A DNA stretch of 64,000 nt from Lytechinus pictus (lineage: Eukaryota): assembly GCF_037042905.1 (NCBI RefSeq), contig NC_087250.1, positions 7,690,001 through 7,754,000 on the forward strand, in the 5' to 3' direction. The notes below the pieces were generated by a model, which ran no database searches, was not told where the DNA came from, and was given only the letters and a program-made list of their open reading frames with translations. A program made the position numbers and the translations under genes. Positions 37,682 to 50,596 of this stretch are shown in pieces (positions within the stretch are counted from its first letter, which is position 1; each line of letters opens with the position of its first letter).

Positions 37682-37990
37682 GAGGTGTTGTGGTCTAGTG
37701 GATATGTGTGTGGACTATAGATTGCAATGTTTAGGGTTCAAATCCTGCCACTACACTAAAGTCCTGCTAAAGTCCTGTGGCAAGGCATTGATCACCATTT
37801 AATAAAGCACACTCAACCCAGGTGAAGTGATTGGGAACATGTACCTAGCAGGAATTGGACTTGAAAATGCTACTAAATGCACTTTATCAGCAGCTATGCT
37901 AAAGAAGGGGGGGGGGGTGTAAAATGCAAGTAAAGGAGTATCATACACATTACTGGCAGACATAAGTGCTGTAATAAGAACCCAATACTA
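37682..37990 (+). mobile_element. Old tRNA-derived SINE, CORE-like
   Basis: TGGTCTAGTGG, GGTTCAAATCC, CACTCAACCCAGGTG. Confidence 0.7.
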
Positions 37991-38127
37991 TCAGGGTCGG
38001 GGGGGGGGGAGACTCACTGGTACATGTATGTGACCATGTATTAAATCTGAAAATGACCATCAAATTGTGATTTCAAGCATGTTCAATATCATACAGCAGT
38101 TCCTGATTATTATTTACATGTAGTTAA

Positions 38128-38536
38128 AGGTAAATGCTAGTTTTGGTAACGATATCAAAATGAGTTCGTAGTACGAACTTCGTACAGAATCCAATGAAAT
38201 AACCACCAAAGTGTCTGTTTGTATAAATAAAACGCATGTGCCAAAGGATTCTGGAAGAAATTGTGTAATTGCTGAGAAATCAGCAAATAAGCACAGGATT
38301 CGGGTAGAGCGTTGGACCCGACGCTCAAAGCAATAATTATACACTGTCCCACGTGCGCTTATCTGTGTTGGGGAAGTTCAGTCTGAACATTTTTCAGCGT
38401 AGATTTCAAGATTTCACAAAGTTCAGTTTATGTAACTGTACCAGATCTAGATCCTCGATGATATACTGACAATTAAGCCTGGTTTTACAGACTTTCTCAT
38501 GAAATCAGTGTTTACTGCAACTACTGGAATTTCTCT
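38128..38536. mobile_element. Kolobok-like MITE
   Basis: TTAA flanks; homologous to 44144-44530. Confidence 0.8.
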
Positions 38537-39236
38537 TTAAGTTTACCTTCTGTTTGCTTCCATATCCTGAAATCAGACGATGAATTTTCCCCAATTTTCA
38601 TAGCGAAAAAAAGAAAAAGAAACATCGTGCTGCACAGAATCATTAATACTGTGAAGGGGAAATAGATTTCATGAAATCTCAAGCATATCGTCTTTTACAA
38701 AGAGCTGCATGTAACACATGGCATCGTAATACAATATCATTTTATAGCATTGTCACATTTTGTATAAGTTCCTCTTTGCCTTTGAGGGGCAATTACCCAT
38801 TTCCTAAATGGACACGTTTGCATGTGCAACAATAATTTTACAAATAAAGATTCTATTTGCTTTTCGACAGTTCGTAAATGTTATTCCTTCTCGTAGTGCA
38901 GTGGGATTTGTTATTCTTATATTTGTTATGCTGTAAAAGGTAATTGCCCATGTTATTCATCTTCATACTAAAGTTAAGATCATGCATGTAAGTTGGATAC
39001 TGCCCCCTAGTGGTGAGGAAATTTTAGTCACAGTTGATGAAATCAAGATTCTAGTGAATCCAAGTTCAATCAGCTGATTATTAAATGACTTTGTCGTTAA
39101 TATGATTGATATGCCAAAGTCCATGCAGAGTTGTGAATTTGTATACGACTTATGCTTCAAGTAATAAAAAAGAAAATAAATTAAATTACCTGATACTCTT
39201 ATTCATTCAACAGATCTGAAATGATCCAAAATTTAA

Positions 39237-39594
39237 AGGCATATGCTAACGTTGTAGACATGTAATTTAAAAAATATCAAAGGAGAGATGAAATATGTAC
39301 ATGAATGCCTTTATGTCAACCTAAAAACTCTAAAAGAACAACAAAATCGAAAGAAATCCTTTCGATATACGTTATAATTGATGGTTTTGTAATAATAGAA
39401 CACATAAGTGTATGGATGAAATTAAGATGGTATTGCCGGTCACTTTATATTTCACTTTTTTGAAGCACTTAATAATGATTTTCGGACGCGATTTTTTCTG
39501 GGTTTCATTTTTGTAACATATCACAGGTGCAGGTGACAAGTGGGACCTCGCAGCTCAGATTTAAAAAAAGTCAAATCAATGTTAGCAAATACCT
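39237..39594. mobile_element. Kolobok-like MITE
   Basis: TTAA|AGGCATATGCTAAC ... GTTAGCAAATACCT|TTAA. Confidence 0.85.
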
Positions 39595-40159
39595 TTAATC
39601 AAAATACTGAATACTTATTGTTCTTATTATAATAATGTCATTATACTCTTGTAATCATCTTATGTACATGTATGAAAATGGATACCATGTGCATGCCGAC
39701 ATTTTGTATTTTTTTTTCTTTATGTCTTGTAATTTGTATGTTTGCATAAATATATTAAAAATGAATTTCCATCAAATTGGACAATAAAACAATAATATGC
39801 AACAACAAATAATTAGTTATCCTTTCAGTTCGAGCTTTGGTTTAGAGATTTGGAAGAGCAAGTTCACCTTGGGAAAGCCAATGAATTGCGCCCTCTATTG
39901 TCACTACAGCTTATAATGAATCATGTTAGCCCTGAACCTGGTCGAATCATTGATTATCAGATTACTGGTGAACTTCAAAGTTTTGTTTTTTCAATTGATC
40001 CCCCCCCCTGCCCCACTCCCCGATCCCTCTCATTGGCCAACATGTAGCTACATGTAGTCACCATTGAAAAATATATAACTTTTGTGTATAGAGACATCAT
40101 GCCTTTTGTGGGGGGGGGGGGGGTGTGTACATGTAAGACCACATGCCTGTGGCCTGTAG

Positions 40160-40668
40160 GTGATAATAATAATATATTTTACCCAGGGTAACCTCTTCAG
40201 TTCCCAATTGTGTTCTCCCAACGGGATCATTTATTTGACAATGTTTATTACCCCGGCTTTAGCATGGCTACATCTACATGTACCTCGATTGGGTGCTCCA
40301 GCATTCAAGGAGTTTCCTCCTACTGGGTACCCATTCACCTCACTTGGGTTGAGTGTACATGTAGTCTGCTATGCAGAGCAGACTCTGAATGGCTCATGAA
40401 GTGGGATCTGCTGCTGGTTTGCGAAGCAAACCAGCCTGAAAGGGTGAGCGAAGCGAGCCATCTGCAGCTCCAGTAGACTTAGTCTGCTATGCAGACTCCT
40501 TGAATCAGCTGTGATACACACGCTGCAGATGTGGGTCTACAGTTGTAGACTAGGTTGGGTGCAGCAAAATGCGGGTACATTGCTTGCTGAAGGAAAACAT
40601 GCCATGGTTTGGAACTGAACCCACACCCCAAAGAAAGACTAAGAGTCGTAACCACTAGACCATGACAC
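40160..40668 (-). mobile_element. SINE interrupted by Academ-like TAG..CTA insertion(s) at about 40362-40552
   Basis: SINE core is split at CTTGGGTTGAGTG / GGTTGGGTGCAGCA; the insert starts TAGTCTGCTATGCAGA (present twice) and ends GTAGACTA. Confidence 0.65.
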
Positions 40669-40964
40669 CCCCCCCACACTGGGTATGGGAGGGGTGTAAA
40701 AATACATGCCTGAGTGTGGGGGCGTAAGAGCACTCAGCGGTGATTTGCCAACGGAACTCACTGAACTTTGGAAATGTGAAAGTGTCTTGCAAGGGGGGTC
40801 AAACAATAGTTGATCAGTATAGCTTGCACTTGATTTATTTGTCAGATCTGGAATTTTGTCAAAATTCTATTTCACAAGTCGCAAAATGACCCTTGTACTA
40901 CTATTGCAATGTAGCATTTTGCCTTTGATACGCTGAAAAATGTATGTGATCACTCATGCATGAC

Positions 40965-41330
40965 TTAAGGTTCAAGATTCAATATTCGTTTATTGGTTAA
41001 TGCAAAGAATGCAACCAAAGAAATTTGGTTTCCAGTGGCTTTAACAATTAGTATGCACAAACATGAAAAGGACAATATTGAAAACTTTACATAAACAAAA
41101 TATATTATTAATAACTGTCTGCAATTACCAATACCCATGAAAATTTATAATGCATGTGGATGATGATAAAAAGTCTGTATGCTGCTATAACAACACCCCC
41201 ATCCTAGTATATGTGGAATGTATCATTCAATAAACTTCAAACACAATAATGAATAAAGTGACTATAAATAATGGATTAATAAAATTTTAAACAATTATCT
41301 CTCTGTGAATGTACATGTAACAACACTTCT
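40965..41330 (-). mobile_element. LINE 3' UTR remnant
   Basis: Minus strand is T-rich, ending AATAAACGAATATTGAATCTTGAA. Confidence 0.45.
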
Positions 41331-41356
41331 TCCTATAAATTATTTTGTTATTAAGG

Positions 41357-41969
41357 CAGGGTGCTACATAAGCACTTGCCCGATTGCCCGGGGCAAGTAA
41401 AAGCTAGAGTCGGGCAAGTGTTTTGAAGTAAAGACCAAAACTACTTGCCCGAATTGGGCAAGCAAAATTCTCACAGTAGAATGACCAAAATTAGGGTCGA
41501 AATATGATATTGACCCTAATTTGGTCATGGCAGGCAAGATAAAATTACTTTGGAAAAAGAAATGCAATAACAAGGTGGATCAGTTCATAGCAAAAGAGAG
41601 AAAAAGATCAATTGTTTGAATAACCGCAAAACTTTCCTTTGAAGAGGTAAAGTTTTTTCTCAAGGATTTTTTCGGGCAAGTGAAATTGATTTTAGGGCAA
41701 GTATATTCCAACTAATACTAAATAGGTTCATTATTGCGGAATGAAGCTAGTGAACACTTTTTGCAAGAGTGATAACGAATTTCCTAGAAAGCTAGTGAAC
41801 ACTTTTTGCGAGAGTGATCACGAATTTCCTTGTTGACCATAGTAGATTGCGAGACAAATGAATACCCTCTAGCGATTATATTCAAACTATTTAAAAATTT
41901 ACTTGCCTGACTGGGCAAGTGCTTCTAAAAAGTTAGGTAGCACCAAGGAAGCTCCTTGGTAGCACCTTG
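41357..41969. mobile_element. P-element-like MITE with 7-bp TSD
   Basis: ATTAAGG|CAGGGTGCTAC ... GTAGCACCTTG|ATTAAGG; GGGCAAGT subterminal repeats. Confidence 0.85.
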
Positions 41970-42509
41970 ATTAAGGACACATATTTTACTACAAAGTTAT
42001 TTCAGTAGAGCATAAAAGAGGGAGAGTCTATTTACAGTGTATTTTTGTTATACCTTCTATAGTTGACACTATTCAGGTTTTGAAGTGAAATGACAGTTGA
42101 AGCTCAAGTTCACGCCGTTCACAGAGGTCACGCCTCTCCGATACCAATCCATGTTTGGATTCTATTGAAGTTACGTCTCCCGAAAACAAAAGTTTACCGA
42201 TATCGTTTAGATAAACCCCCGGCCGTCATTATCAGAGCTGGGAGTATGTTACCACAAGGAAGTGTGTTTGTCCGCCCATCTTCCTGTGTGCACATGAGAT
42301 ATGGTTCTAGGCGGTGTTTTATTTCTAAACATCAACAGTGGATTCAATGCCCATTTGATGAAAAGTCTCTCATGCATGCATGCTATAACAAGATAAAGTA
42401 CATGTACTGGTAGTCTCAGTAACCAGACCTTTGTTCACCGGTACACAAGGTGGTCTCCCATCATGCATCTGCGGGAGTTCAATGCTCATTGGTAACGGGT
42501 TGATTTCAC

Positions 42510-42888
42510 CAGTTTATTTCCGATTCGTCTAATGCCAATTCCTTTAATTGCCAACTCGTCTACTATCATTTGGTCTACCATCAGTTTGTTCACTCACCAC
42601 ATGGTCTACTTTCATTTATTCTAATGCCATTCCGTCTATTAACTAGTTGGTCCAATAGCCATTTAGTCCGAGTGTTAAATTGTGTAAAATGAATGAAAAT
42701 GAAATGGATTTTAGACCAATTGGTTATTAGGCGATTTGGTCATAGACAAAATGGCGATTAGACGTAGTGATAATTGGACCAAATGGTTGTTAGACGAAAT
42801 GTTGATGGACGGAATGGCATTAGAATAAATGAAAGTAGACTATATGGTGAGTGGACGAGTTGGCAGTAGACTAATTGGCAATTGACCA
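42510..42888. mobile_element. MITE, same family as 7104-7494
   Basis: Reverse-oriented colinear copy. Confidence 0.8.
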
Positions 42889-42971
42889 CTTAACCCCCCC
42901 GCCCCTGAATAACCCCCAGACATGTAAATTAAAATTGGGATTGCTTAAGAACCAAGGGTGATGATGTCATT

Positions 42972-43235
42972 ACCATGTACACCATGCACTCTGTGCACCA
43001 TTTGGGCACTGGGCACCATGTTGGCACTGGGCACCATGTGGACACTGTGCACCATGTGGACATTGGGCACTGTGCACCATATGGACATAGTGCACCATGT
43101 GGACATAGTGCACCATGTGAACACTGTGCACCATGTGGACATTGTGCACCATGTGGACACTGTACCATGTGGACATACATGTAGTGCACCATGTGGACAT
43201 TATGCACCATATTGACACTGTGCACACTGGACATT
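42972..43235. repeat. 18-bp minisatellite (GCACCATGTGGACACTGT)n
   Basis: About 14 tandem units. Confidence 0.9.
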
Positions 43236-43401
43236 TAATGCCACTTTATCAAAGTTGATTTTCAAAAGAACCCTAAACAAGGGTAATCTTGCGTTTTTCT
43301 TAAGAGTACCCGAAACAAGCTAGTATTTTGTCATGCCCCCCCCCCACATTCTAAAATGTTCATGATATAAGTTATTACAAGGGGAATTATATACCCTACC
43401 C

Positions 43402-43607
43402 TAGTCCTTTGCCAGGACTGTTCTACTTTTCAGTTGATCAATAACACAATCCTCGACCTCTACGCCCGAAATGAAAACAGCCACACCATTTCCTAGTGAG
43501 GGGCGTGAAAGAGGGGATAGCGCGATCAGTACTGGAGATGGCGCGCATGGGAGAATAAAGCAAGGGGAGAGAAATAACAAGTACACCGACGTCTAGAATC
43601 TAGACTA
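43402..43607. mobile_element. Academ-like element with 4-bp TSD
   Basis: ACCC|TAGTC ... GACTA|ACCC. Confidence 0.7.
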
Positions 43608-44143
43608 ACCCTACCCCTGCACTATGCACACGAGGCTGTGTAATAGTACGCCTTATCTGGGGCTGCACAGTGGCTGCCAGGCCCAAGTTCAATTGTGCAA
43701 AATTTTCTATTTTCTATTTGTATTTCAGATTTCTATTTCAAGTATAAATAAAATTTTGATTTTCAGATTTTTTCCCCCTTTTTATGAAATTTTTACCTGA
43801 ATAAGAATAGCACAAGTCAATCAAGGGACTGAAACAATAGACTGAGTATTGGGCATAGTCAGAATATGGAAGGAGTGTGGGAAGAAATTTAACAATGAAA
43901 CGATTTAAATACACTGGAGTAAAAAGAAGAAGAGAGAAAGAAGAAAAAGTAGTTCATTCAACAACTAGGCTAATTACTTTGATGAGGGGAAAAATCAGAG
44001 CAACTAGATCGGATCATTGAGAGGGTCGAAACAAGCTTATAACGTGATGTCATATTATTAAAGGTTCATGCAATGGGTAAAGTTGAAAGCTGTGATCCCA
44101 CTCTCATGTACTTTCCTAAACCAGTTTCAGGAAACCAGTTTAA

Positions 44144-44530
44144 AAATAGATACCAGTTGTGGTAACGATCTCAAAGTGAGTTCGAGGAGGAGAATCCCAT
44201 AAAATTACCACTCAGGTATTTGTATGTAAATAAAAAAATATGTGCCAAATAGTTCTGGAAGAAAAGGCATTTTTGCTGAAAAATTTAGCAAAATATGCAC
44301 ATAATTCCATAAAATGTTGGGTATTTTTCCAAGCGATATTAATACACTGTCCACATAGTGATCATCAGAATTATCGGTTTTTAGCTATGATTTCATGATT
44401 TCACAAAATATAAGTTTATTTCAATGTACCAGAACTAGATCTATGATATAACATGTATGGTGGCATTTAATCTTGATTTTAAAGACTTTCTCATCAAATA
44501 ATTGTTTGCTGCTACTACTTTCTTTTACCT
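44144..44530. mobile_element. Kolobok-like MITE
   Basis: Homologous to 38128-38536; right end ACCT|TTAA. Confidence 0.75.
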
Positions 44531-44612
44531 TTAATTAGTGAGAACTTTGGTAACCTGAAGTAAATGACAATCCCGAGCTCGGTCACATTCGTGCTCTCCT
44601 GTTTTAGTTTTA

Positions 44613-44911
44613 GACACCGTTCTCATTACGCTTTCTAAAACTAGTTTATTGGAAACCGGTTCAGGAAACCAGTTTGGAATACCGCTTTGCTAGCGTTCCC
44701 ATTTGGTCACTCGAAAGTGGTTTTCAAAATCACTTCACATAAAGCGATCTTGTTGCTATGGGAACGTATTCATTGGGGTGACACATTTCACGCGAAATTC
44801 GAAACCGCAGCGTAGGCATTCTACACACAGTTTGTGGAGTAGCGTGCTCAAAATACGCGAAGATCGCTTCCCAAAGAACGGTTGTGTCCTCACTTAACTA
44901 AAACCAGTTTA
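44613..44911. mobile_element. Truncated Harbinger-like MITE fused to a Kolobok-like right end (to about 45001)
   Basis: Closely similar to 4874-5180. Confidence 0.8.
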
Positions 44912-45197
44912 ATGGATTTTCCTCAAAACCTTCACCTATATTTTTTTTGTTTTTTTTTTGCTATTTTGAAAATAGATTTTTCGTCAAGGTGAACTTCCCC
45001 TTTAACAGTAAAAAAAGTGAAGATTTTAAAGGTGTTACTATAGGGGTGTGGAAACATTTGATCATTGTATTCCAAAGTTTATGCAAACATTGAAGGTGAA
45101 GAGTTGAAATGAAGTTTAGATACAATGCAGATAGAGAACCATGTACTATGCTTTATGTGATATAAAAACATGGAAGATAGATAGAGGGAGAGAGTGA

Positions 45198-45233
<36 letters not shown>

Positions 45234-45258
45234 CTGTTGATATATATCTCATAGTCCT

Positions 45259-45330
45259 TGTAACACTGAACAATCACCACGCTACATGAGTGTTACATTT
45301 GGTGGCAGCGGTGGGATTGGAACCCATGCC
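45259..45330 (+). mobile_element. Minimal LTR (TG..CA) plus tRNA-Leu primer-binding-site remnant
   Basis: TGTAACACT..AGTGTTACA (39 bp, 9-bp inverted ends), TT spacer, then TGGTGGCAGCGGTGGGATT, the complement of the tRNA-Leu 3' end including CCA. Confidence 0.75.
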
Positions 45331-45714
45331 ATCAGAATATATTTTGAGTGTTAGGACAGAGTCTTTGATTGAGACAAGGATGTAATTGTCTCGTCTCGCA
45401 TTAATACATGTTGTTCTTAAAACTGAACACATGGCACATTTTCAAGGAAGAAAAGAATGTTTGTGAGATTTCTGTCAAACGTTCCACTCCTTTCGGTGGG
45501 TGAATGTACTTTCTATTGTAAACATGACTGTGTGTGTGGATGGGGTGTGTGTGTCGGAGTGATTACCATCTGACATCCTTTCTACTCTTATCTATCCAGA
45601 AAATGTAAAAAGACTGAGCCAGTATTATTGCTCTTGTATATCAACTGATAAGGATGTGGGGGGTACATGTGCTGAGCACATTGATTTCAATGCATGTGAT
45701 CTGATAAAAGTTAA

Positions 45715-46070
45715 TGGCCAAATCCACCCCCTGAAAAGGTTGATTTTGAATAAAAAGACAAAATTTAAGGTCAAGCCCACCCCCAAAAAGTTGATTTGAA
45801 TCAAAGACCAAATTAGAGGCCAAATCCACCTAACAAAAAAAGTTGATTCCAATAAACAGAATAACTCAGGCCAAATCCACCCGAACAATAAGTAATTTTT
45901 TTTAATAAAAAGACCAAATAAATGGTCAAGTCCACCTGACAAGAAAGTTGATTTTATAAATTAGAAGACAAAATTAAAGGTCAAATCAACCAAACAAAAA
46001 GTTGATTTAAAAAGACTAAATTATGGCCAAATCTACCAGAACAAGAAGTTGATTTGAATTAAAAGAGAAA
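45715..46070 (+). repeat. Tandem array of Kolobok-MITE terminal sequence
   Basis: About 7-8 units of GG(T/C)CAA(G/A)TCCACC..AAAAAGTTGATTTGAATAAAAAGA. Confidence 0.8.
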
Positions 46071-46129
46071 AATTATACCTGCTTTGATAGGAGAAACTTT
46101 TTAAGTTACCGGTATTCAAATTGTTTGGT

Positions 46130-46612
46130 AGCCCTCACATTAAGTTCTGATAAAAAGAATTTCTCTTAAAAATCGTAATCCTTGTAGAGCTCTTGCAGGA
46201 TCCACACAACACAACAATGTAATTTCATACTAATGCATTATTGAATTTATTTGTTGGGTTTGTCCGGTTAAACATGTTTTAACTTATATATGTTTATAGT
46301 ATTACTTGTACATGTATTATCAAGTGATTTTAATTATTGAATTTAGTTTTGAATTAGCATTTTACTAAATTTGTAATTTGAGTGTGGCTTATTTTATTTA
46401 TGTACATGTAAGGGTGGTTATCTCGACAAACCTTGATAGGTTTTTATGACCACCCAATTCCAATATTGTATCTTTTTATTGTCATTTGTATCTGTTTAAT
46501 ACTTGTTTTACATGTGCCTTACATTTTCTTGTCTTATTATGTACATTGTATAATTTGTTTAATATCCTGTATTGATTTTTATTGGAATTGAAGAAAACAT
46601 TGAATTGAATTA
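46130..46612 (+). mobile_element. LINE 3' UTR remnant (L2/Crack-like)
   Basis: Stem-loop GGGTGGTTAT..ATGACCACCC and (TTGAA)n tail. Confidence 0.6.
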
Positions 46613-46712
46613 TGAGCTACAGTGTACTACTCATATGTGACTAATATATTATTCATTTTTTCATTCCAGTTTGAGTGTAACTTCTTTTCAATGTTTTATT
46701 TCATTTATACAG

Positions 46713-46760
46713 GTAGGTGGATATTCAATCAGAGTTCATATCTGTGATCAAAATTCCCAG
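46713..46760 (+). other. Candidate 48-nt internal exon of the + strand gene
   Basis: Pyrimidine tract + TACAG acceptor; CAG|GTAAAG donor; frame 0 open (VGGYSIRVHICDQNSQ). Confidence 0.35.
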
Positions 46761-46800
46761 GTAAAGTAAAAAATTTCAACATCTCTATCATTCTCTATTT

Positions 46801-47252
46801 CAGCACACGACACTAGAGCCGATCTGATGGTCCCAGACCGATAAAAATTGCTGTCGGGCCAGTAACTTTTCAGAAATAGCCAGATTTACTGGTCCGACAT
46901 GACTAGTAAAAAAACATTAAACTGATACAAATTATATTTTCTCCTCTTGCAAATTATAAAAATTGCTCTCCAAAATTGAGAAATGGCTCTCATGAATGAT
47001 GTTGTGTGTGTGTGTTCTGTTTGTTTGGACCCATGTTTTTGGGTTTTTTCTAGGAGGGGGGAGGGGGGGGGAGAAAAGCAGTAAAAGACAGCCAAATAAA
47101 CTCGAGTCCTTTTTATGTTTTTCTTTACTTTGGGGGACCTGTAAATCTTAGGTTTGGACTAGTAAAAAATGGAAACACTGGGTATCCACTGGTCCGACAA
47201 CCGACATGAAAAGGTTCGACCAGTAGAAAAAAATGGTTAGTGTGGAGCCCTG
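46801..47252. mobile_element. P-element-like MITE with 7-bp TSD
   Basis: TCTATTT|CAG ... CCCTG|TCTATTT; partial copy at about 50021-50310. Confidence 0.8.
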
Positions 47253-47953
47253 TCTATTTTCTACTAAATAGAAAACAATATTGTTAAGGTGTAATCTGTA
47301 AAAGGTGAGTGAGATATCAAAGTTAGAGGGGTTTTGTTATTCGTTTGAAAGGAAGATCATATAAACCAAGTAAGGTGTCTCATGAAAAGTCATAGAATGG
47401 GATGGAAATCCTTGTAATCTGATTGGTTAATCTCTGTGATTTTTTGTGGTCGCTGGGCAAGCGATCCATATGAAATACCTCTATTGTCATTTTGCAGTAG
47501 TCTAATGTGCCAAAAATCTTAGGGGGCTAGACGTAGCAAATGGGGGGAAAATTTCGAAAAAGCTGCGAGCGAGCAGAAATTTTGTCCTTTTTAATACAAA
47601 ACTGAAATTTTGGGATTGACGTTGACACATTTAAAAATGATATAATTTTCACCCCTTTTCCTTTCCTTTTCATTTCTTTCCCTTTCTCCCTTTTTTGTAG
47701 GCACTTATTTTTTTTTGAAGTCCCCAAGCCCTTCCCCCATTTGTACGCTAGTATTTCTCAGGATCCATCCAAACGGAGGAATCTACATGTATGTAGGGGT
47801 GGGGGGGGGGGCGGTAATGATTAGGTTTTGATACATTTTCCTTCATACATGTATTTACACCAATCTCATTGGGCAAATTGCCCCAGGCCTTTCGCTTTCC
47901 GATATTGAAAGGGAATTGACTCAATAAAGATTTCAAGAGTGTATACATGTAGC

Positions 47954-48160
47954 TAGTCTGCAAGAACAGACTCTAATTTGATACGATAACCCATCATACC
48001 ATGTCTAGAGGGAAGACTAGATGCCCAAGGCTCTCTGGGTGTCAAACAAGAGCCTTGGCAGAGCCAGCCATAGTACATAGTGAATCTAGTCTCACTACTT
48101 CAGACTCTGCATTATGCACTATGCAAATTGCAAAAACCAAGGGTCTGTGCCTGCAGACTA
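47954..48160. mobile_element. Academ-like element
   Basis: TAGTCTGCAAG..CAGAC / GTCTGTGCCTGCAGACTA termini. Confidence 0.7.
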
Positions 48161-48914
48161 GGGTACAGCAGCCAATAAGTAGGAATATTGAAGATCAGAG
48201 GAAGAACTGATATTGAAGGGAGCCCTCGCTTATTGCTATTTCACAAGGTGAAGCCATCCTCCCATCATGCATTTGGGTTTGTTTTAAGGGGAAGTTCATC
48301 CTGATAATAAAGTTATTTTTATAAAAAGCAGAAAATTATCGAAGTATTGATGAAGGTTTGATTTGATCTGGTTAATTTCGGATGATAGATGAAGGATCAG
48401 AAAGAGATGCATTATGTGAGTCTCCATTTTAGGTGGGCTTGAGCTAGTCATCTGTAGAAACCCTTTACTCAAGTGGTCTGAATTCAAATTCAGTTTTTCA
48501 ATATTTGAAATGAAGCACAGGTTTGCCTTTCAGAAACTGCAACTTTTTACGAAAACCGGGGGGTTTGAGTCACTTCGTAAAATCGTGCGCATTTTTTTAA
48601 GCGGCACAAACTTCGGTTTGAGCCAGTTCACATACAAACTTCAGTTTGAGCCAGTTCATAAAATCATTCTTGCCATGTGCAGAATCTAGGTCGGTAGTTA
48701 AATCTGTACTCACCATTCCAGAGAATTCATACTACACAGAGAATGGTTTAGACCACTTTGTGAAATCAAAGGAGGGGTTTGAGCCATTTCATATTAAAAA
48801 TTTAAATATGCTCTTATTCTTTAAATTATACAATTTTTTATCAGATATTTGGCAAATCAATAGAGTGAATCACAAGCTTTCAGAACATGCAAGAAATAAA
48901 TTTCGAAAATTTGA

Positions 48915-49478
48915 CCAAAAATTGATTTGAATAAAAAGAGAAAAATCCAACAAGCATAACACTGAAAATTTCATCAAAATCGGATGTAAAATAAGAAAGT
49001 TATGACATTTTAAAGTTTCGCTTAATTTCACAAAACAGTTATATGCACATCCTGGTTGGTATGCAAATGAGGAGACTGATGATGTCACTCACTCACTATT
49101 TCTTTTGTATTTTATTATATGAAATATGAAATATTCTAATTTTCTCCTCATTGTCAAGTGAAACGGTGATCAATTCCTCCCTGAACATGTGGAATTAGCA
49201 TTGTTTAATACTATACTATTAAAATCTCTAAAAAATGAAATATTGTATAATTCAAACAATAAAAACAAAAGAAATAGTGAGTGATGGACATCATCGACTA
49301 TCTCATTTGCATGTCACTGAGTTGTGCATATCACTGTTTTGTGAAAAATAAGCTAAACTTTAAATGCCATAACTTTCTTATTTTACATCCGATTTTGATG
49401 AAATTTTCAGTGTTAATATGCTTGTTGGATATTTCTCTTTTTATTCAAATCAACTTTTTATTGGGGTGGACTTGTCCT
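48915..49478. mobile_element. Kolobok-like MITE (main family), left tip missing
   Basis: Colinear with 53426-54028. Confidence 0.85.
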
Positions 49479-50596
49479 AATTTAACAACAAGAAATGGCC
49501 ATCAACAGTGCATAAAAGCCAGCTTTAAAGGGAATTCAAATTTACAGGGATGGATTCTCTAAAATGTAATTAACTGTGTAAAAAACAACTGTTTTCCTGG
49601 AATATGTGAGTATAATGCATCAACTGTACGCACCCAGAATTACACGGTAGTAGAGTTTTAATGAAGTCTGGTTAATCACCTGTAACATCTCCCTGCCAAT
49701 TAATGACCATTGATCTAATTATCACCCTGGACGCATTACCATAATCAAGGACATCTGCCGGCTGAGATGGACTTTAATACCTGGCCATCCAAAACAAAAT
49801 GGACATTTACTTGCCAAGCTTGACTGGACATCAAATCTACAACATATCGAAATTACACTTAAAGGTCCAATCCACCAATATCACCAAGCTGATTTGGATT
49901 AAGAATAAAGTTTTTTAAATTTGAAAAAAAAAGAAAGAGGATTTATAAAATGCAACTGAGCCTTTACTAAGGATATAGAAAAAAATAATAAGCTGCAAAA
50001 TATAAGGAGATGTAAGAGCTCAGTTCTAGGCGACACTGGCACTGGTCCGACAGTCCCAGACTGGTAAAAATTCCTGTCGGGCCAGTAACTTTTTAGAAAT
50101 ACCCATATTTACTGGTCCAACATGACCAGTAAAAAATATCAAACTGATACAAATGATATTTTCTTCTCCTTTGTATGGCTCTTGTGTCTAAAAACATGGC
50201 TGTCTAAAATCGAGAAATGGCTGTGATGAATTTCGTTGTGTGTATGTGTGGATGTTTTTTTTTTTTGGGGGGGGCAGGGTTGAAATAACCAGTAAAAGAC
50301 AGCAAAACAAACACTGGTCTTGGCAAGGCATTTATCCTCACTGCCATTACCTCATTAAAGGTCAAGTCCATCCCGTAAGAATGCTGATTTGAATCCATAG
50401 AGAAAAATCAAACAAGCATAAAGCTGAAAATTTCATCAAAATTGGAGGTAGACTAAGAAAGTTATGAAATTTTAAAGTTTCGCTTATATTTCACCAAATT
50501 GTTATATGCACAACTCAGTGATATGCCAATGATGGAGTATATTGTACAATTGATTGCACTTTCATGTGACTAGGACCCTGTTTAAAATCTACAAAC

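Larger units (their letters stand above)
37026..39200 (-). pseudogene. Decayed multi-Ig-domain membrane receptor, copy D
   Basis: Minus strand: SSPLGGSIQLTC (38984-39019)..ITW; ANVSI*EMGNC; INDIVLRCHV..YA*DF (TGA at the expected Trp); hydrophobic stretch then RKKPAR and donor GTAAGT after 37026. Confidence 0.55.

Noticed and set aside
42929..43234. Metallothionein-like (CPHGAQ)n ORFs
   Set aside because: 18-bp minisatellite open in many frames on both strands
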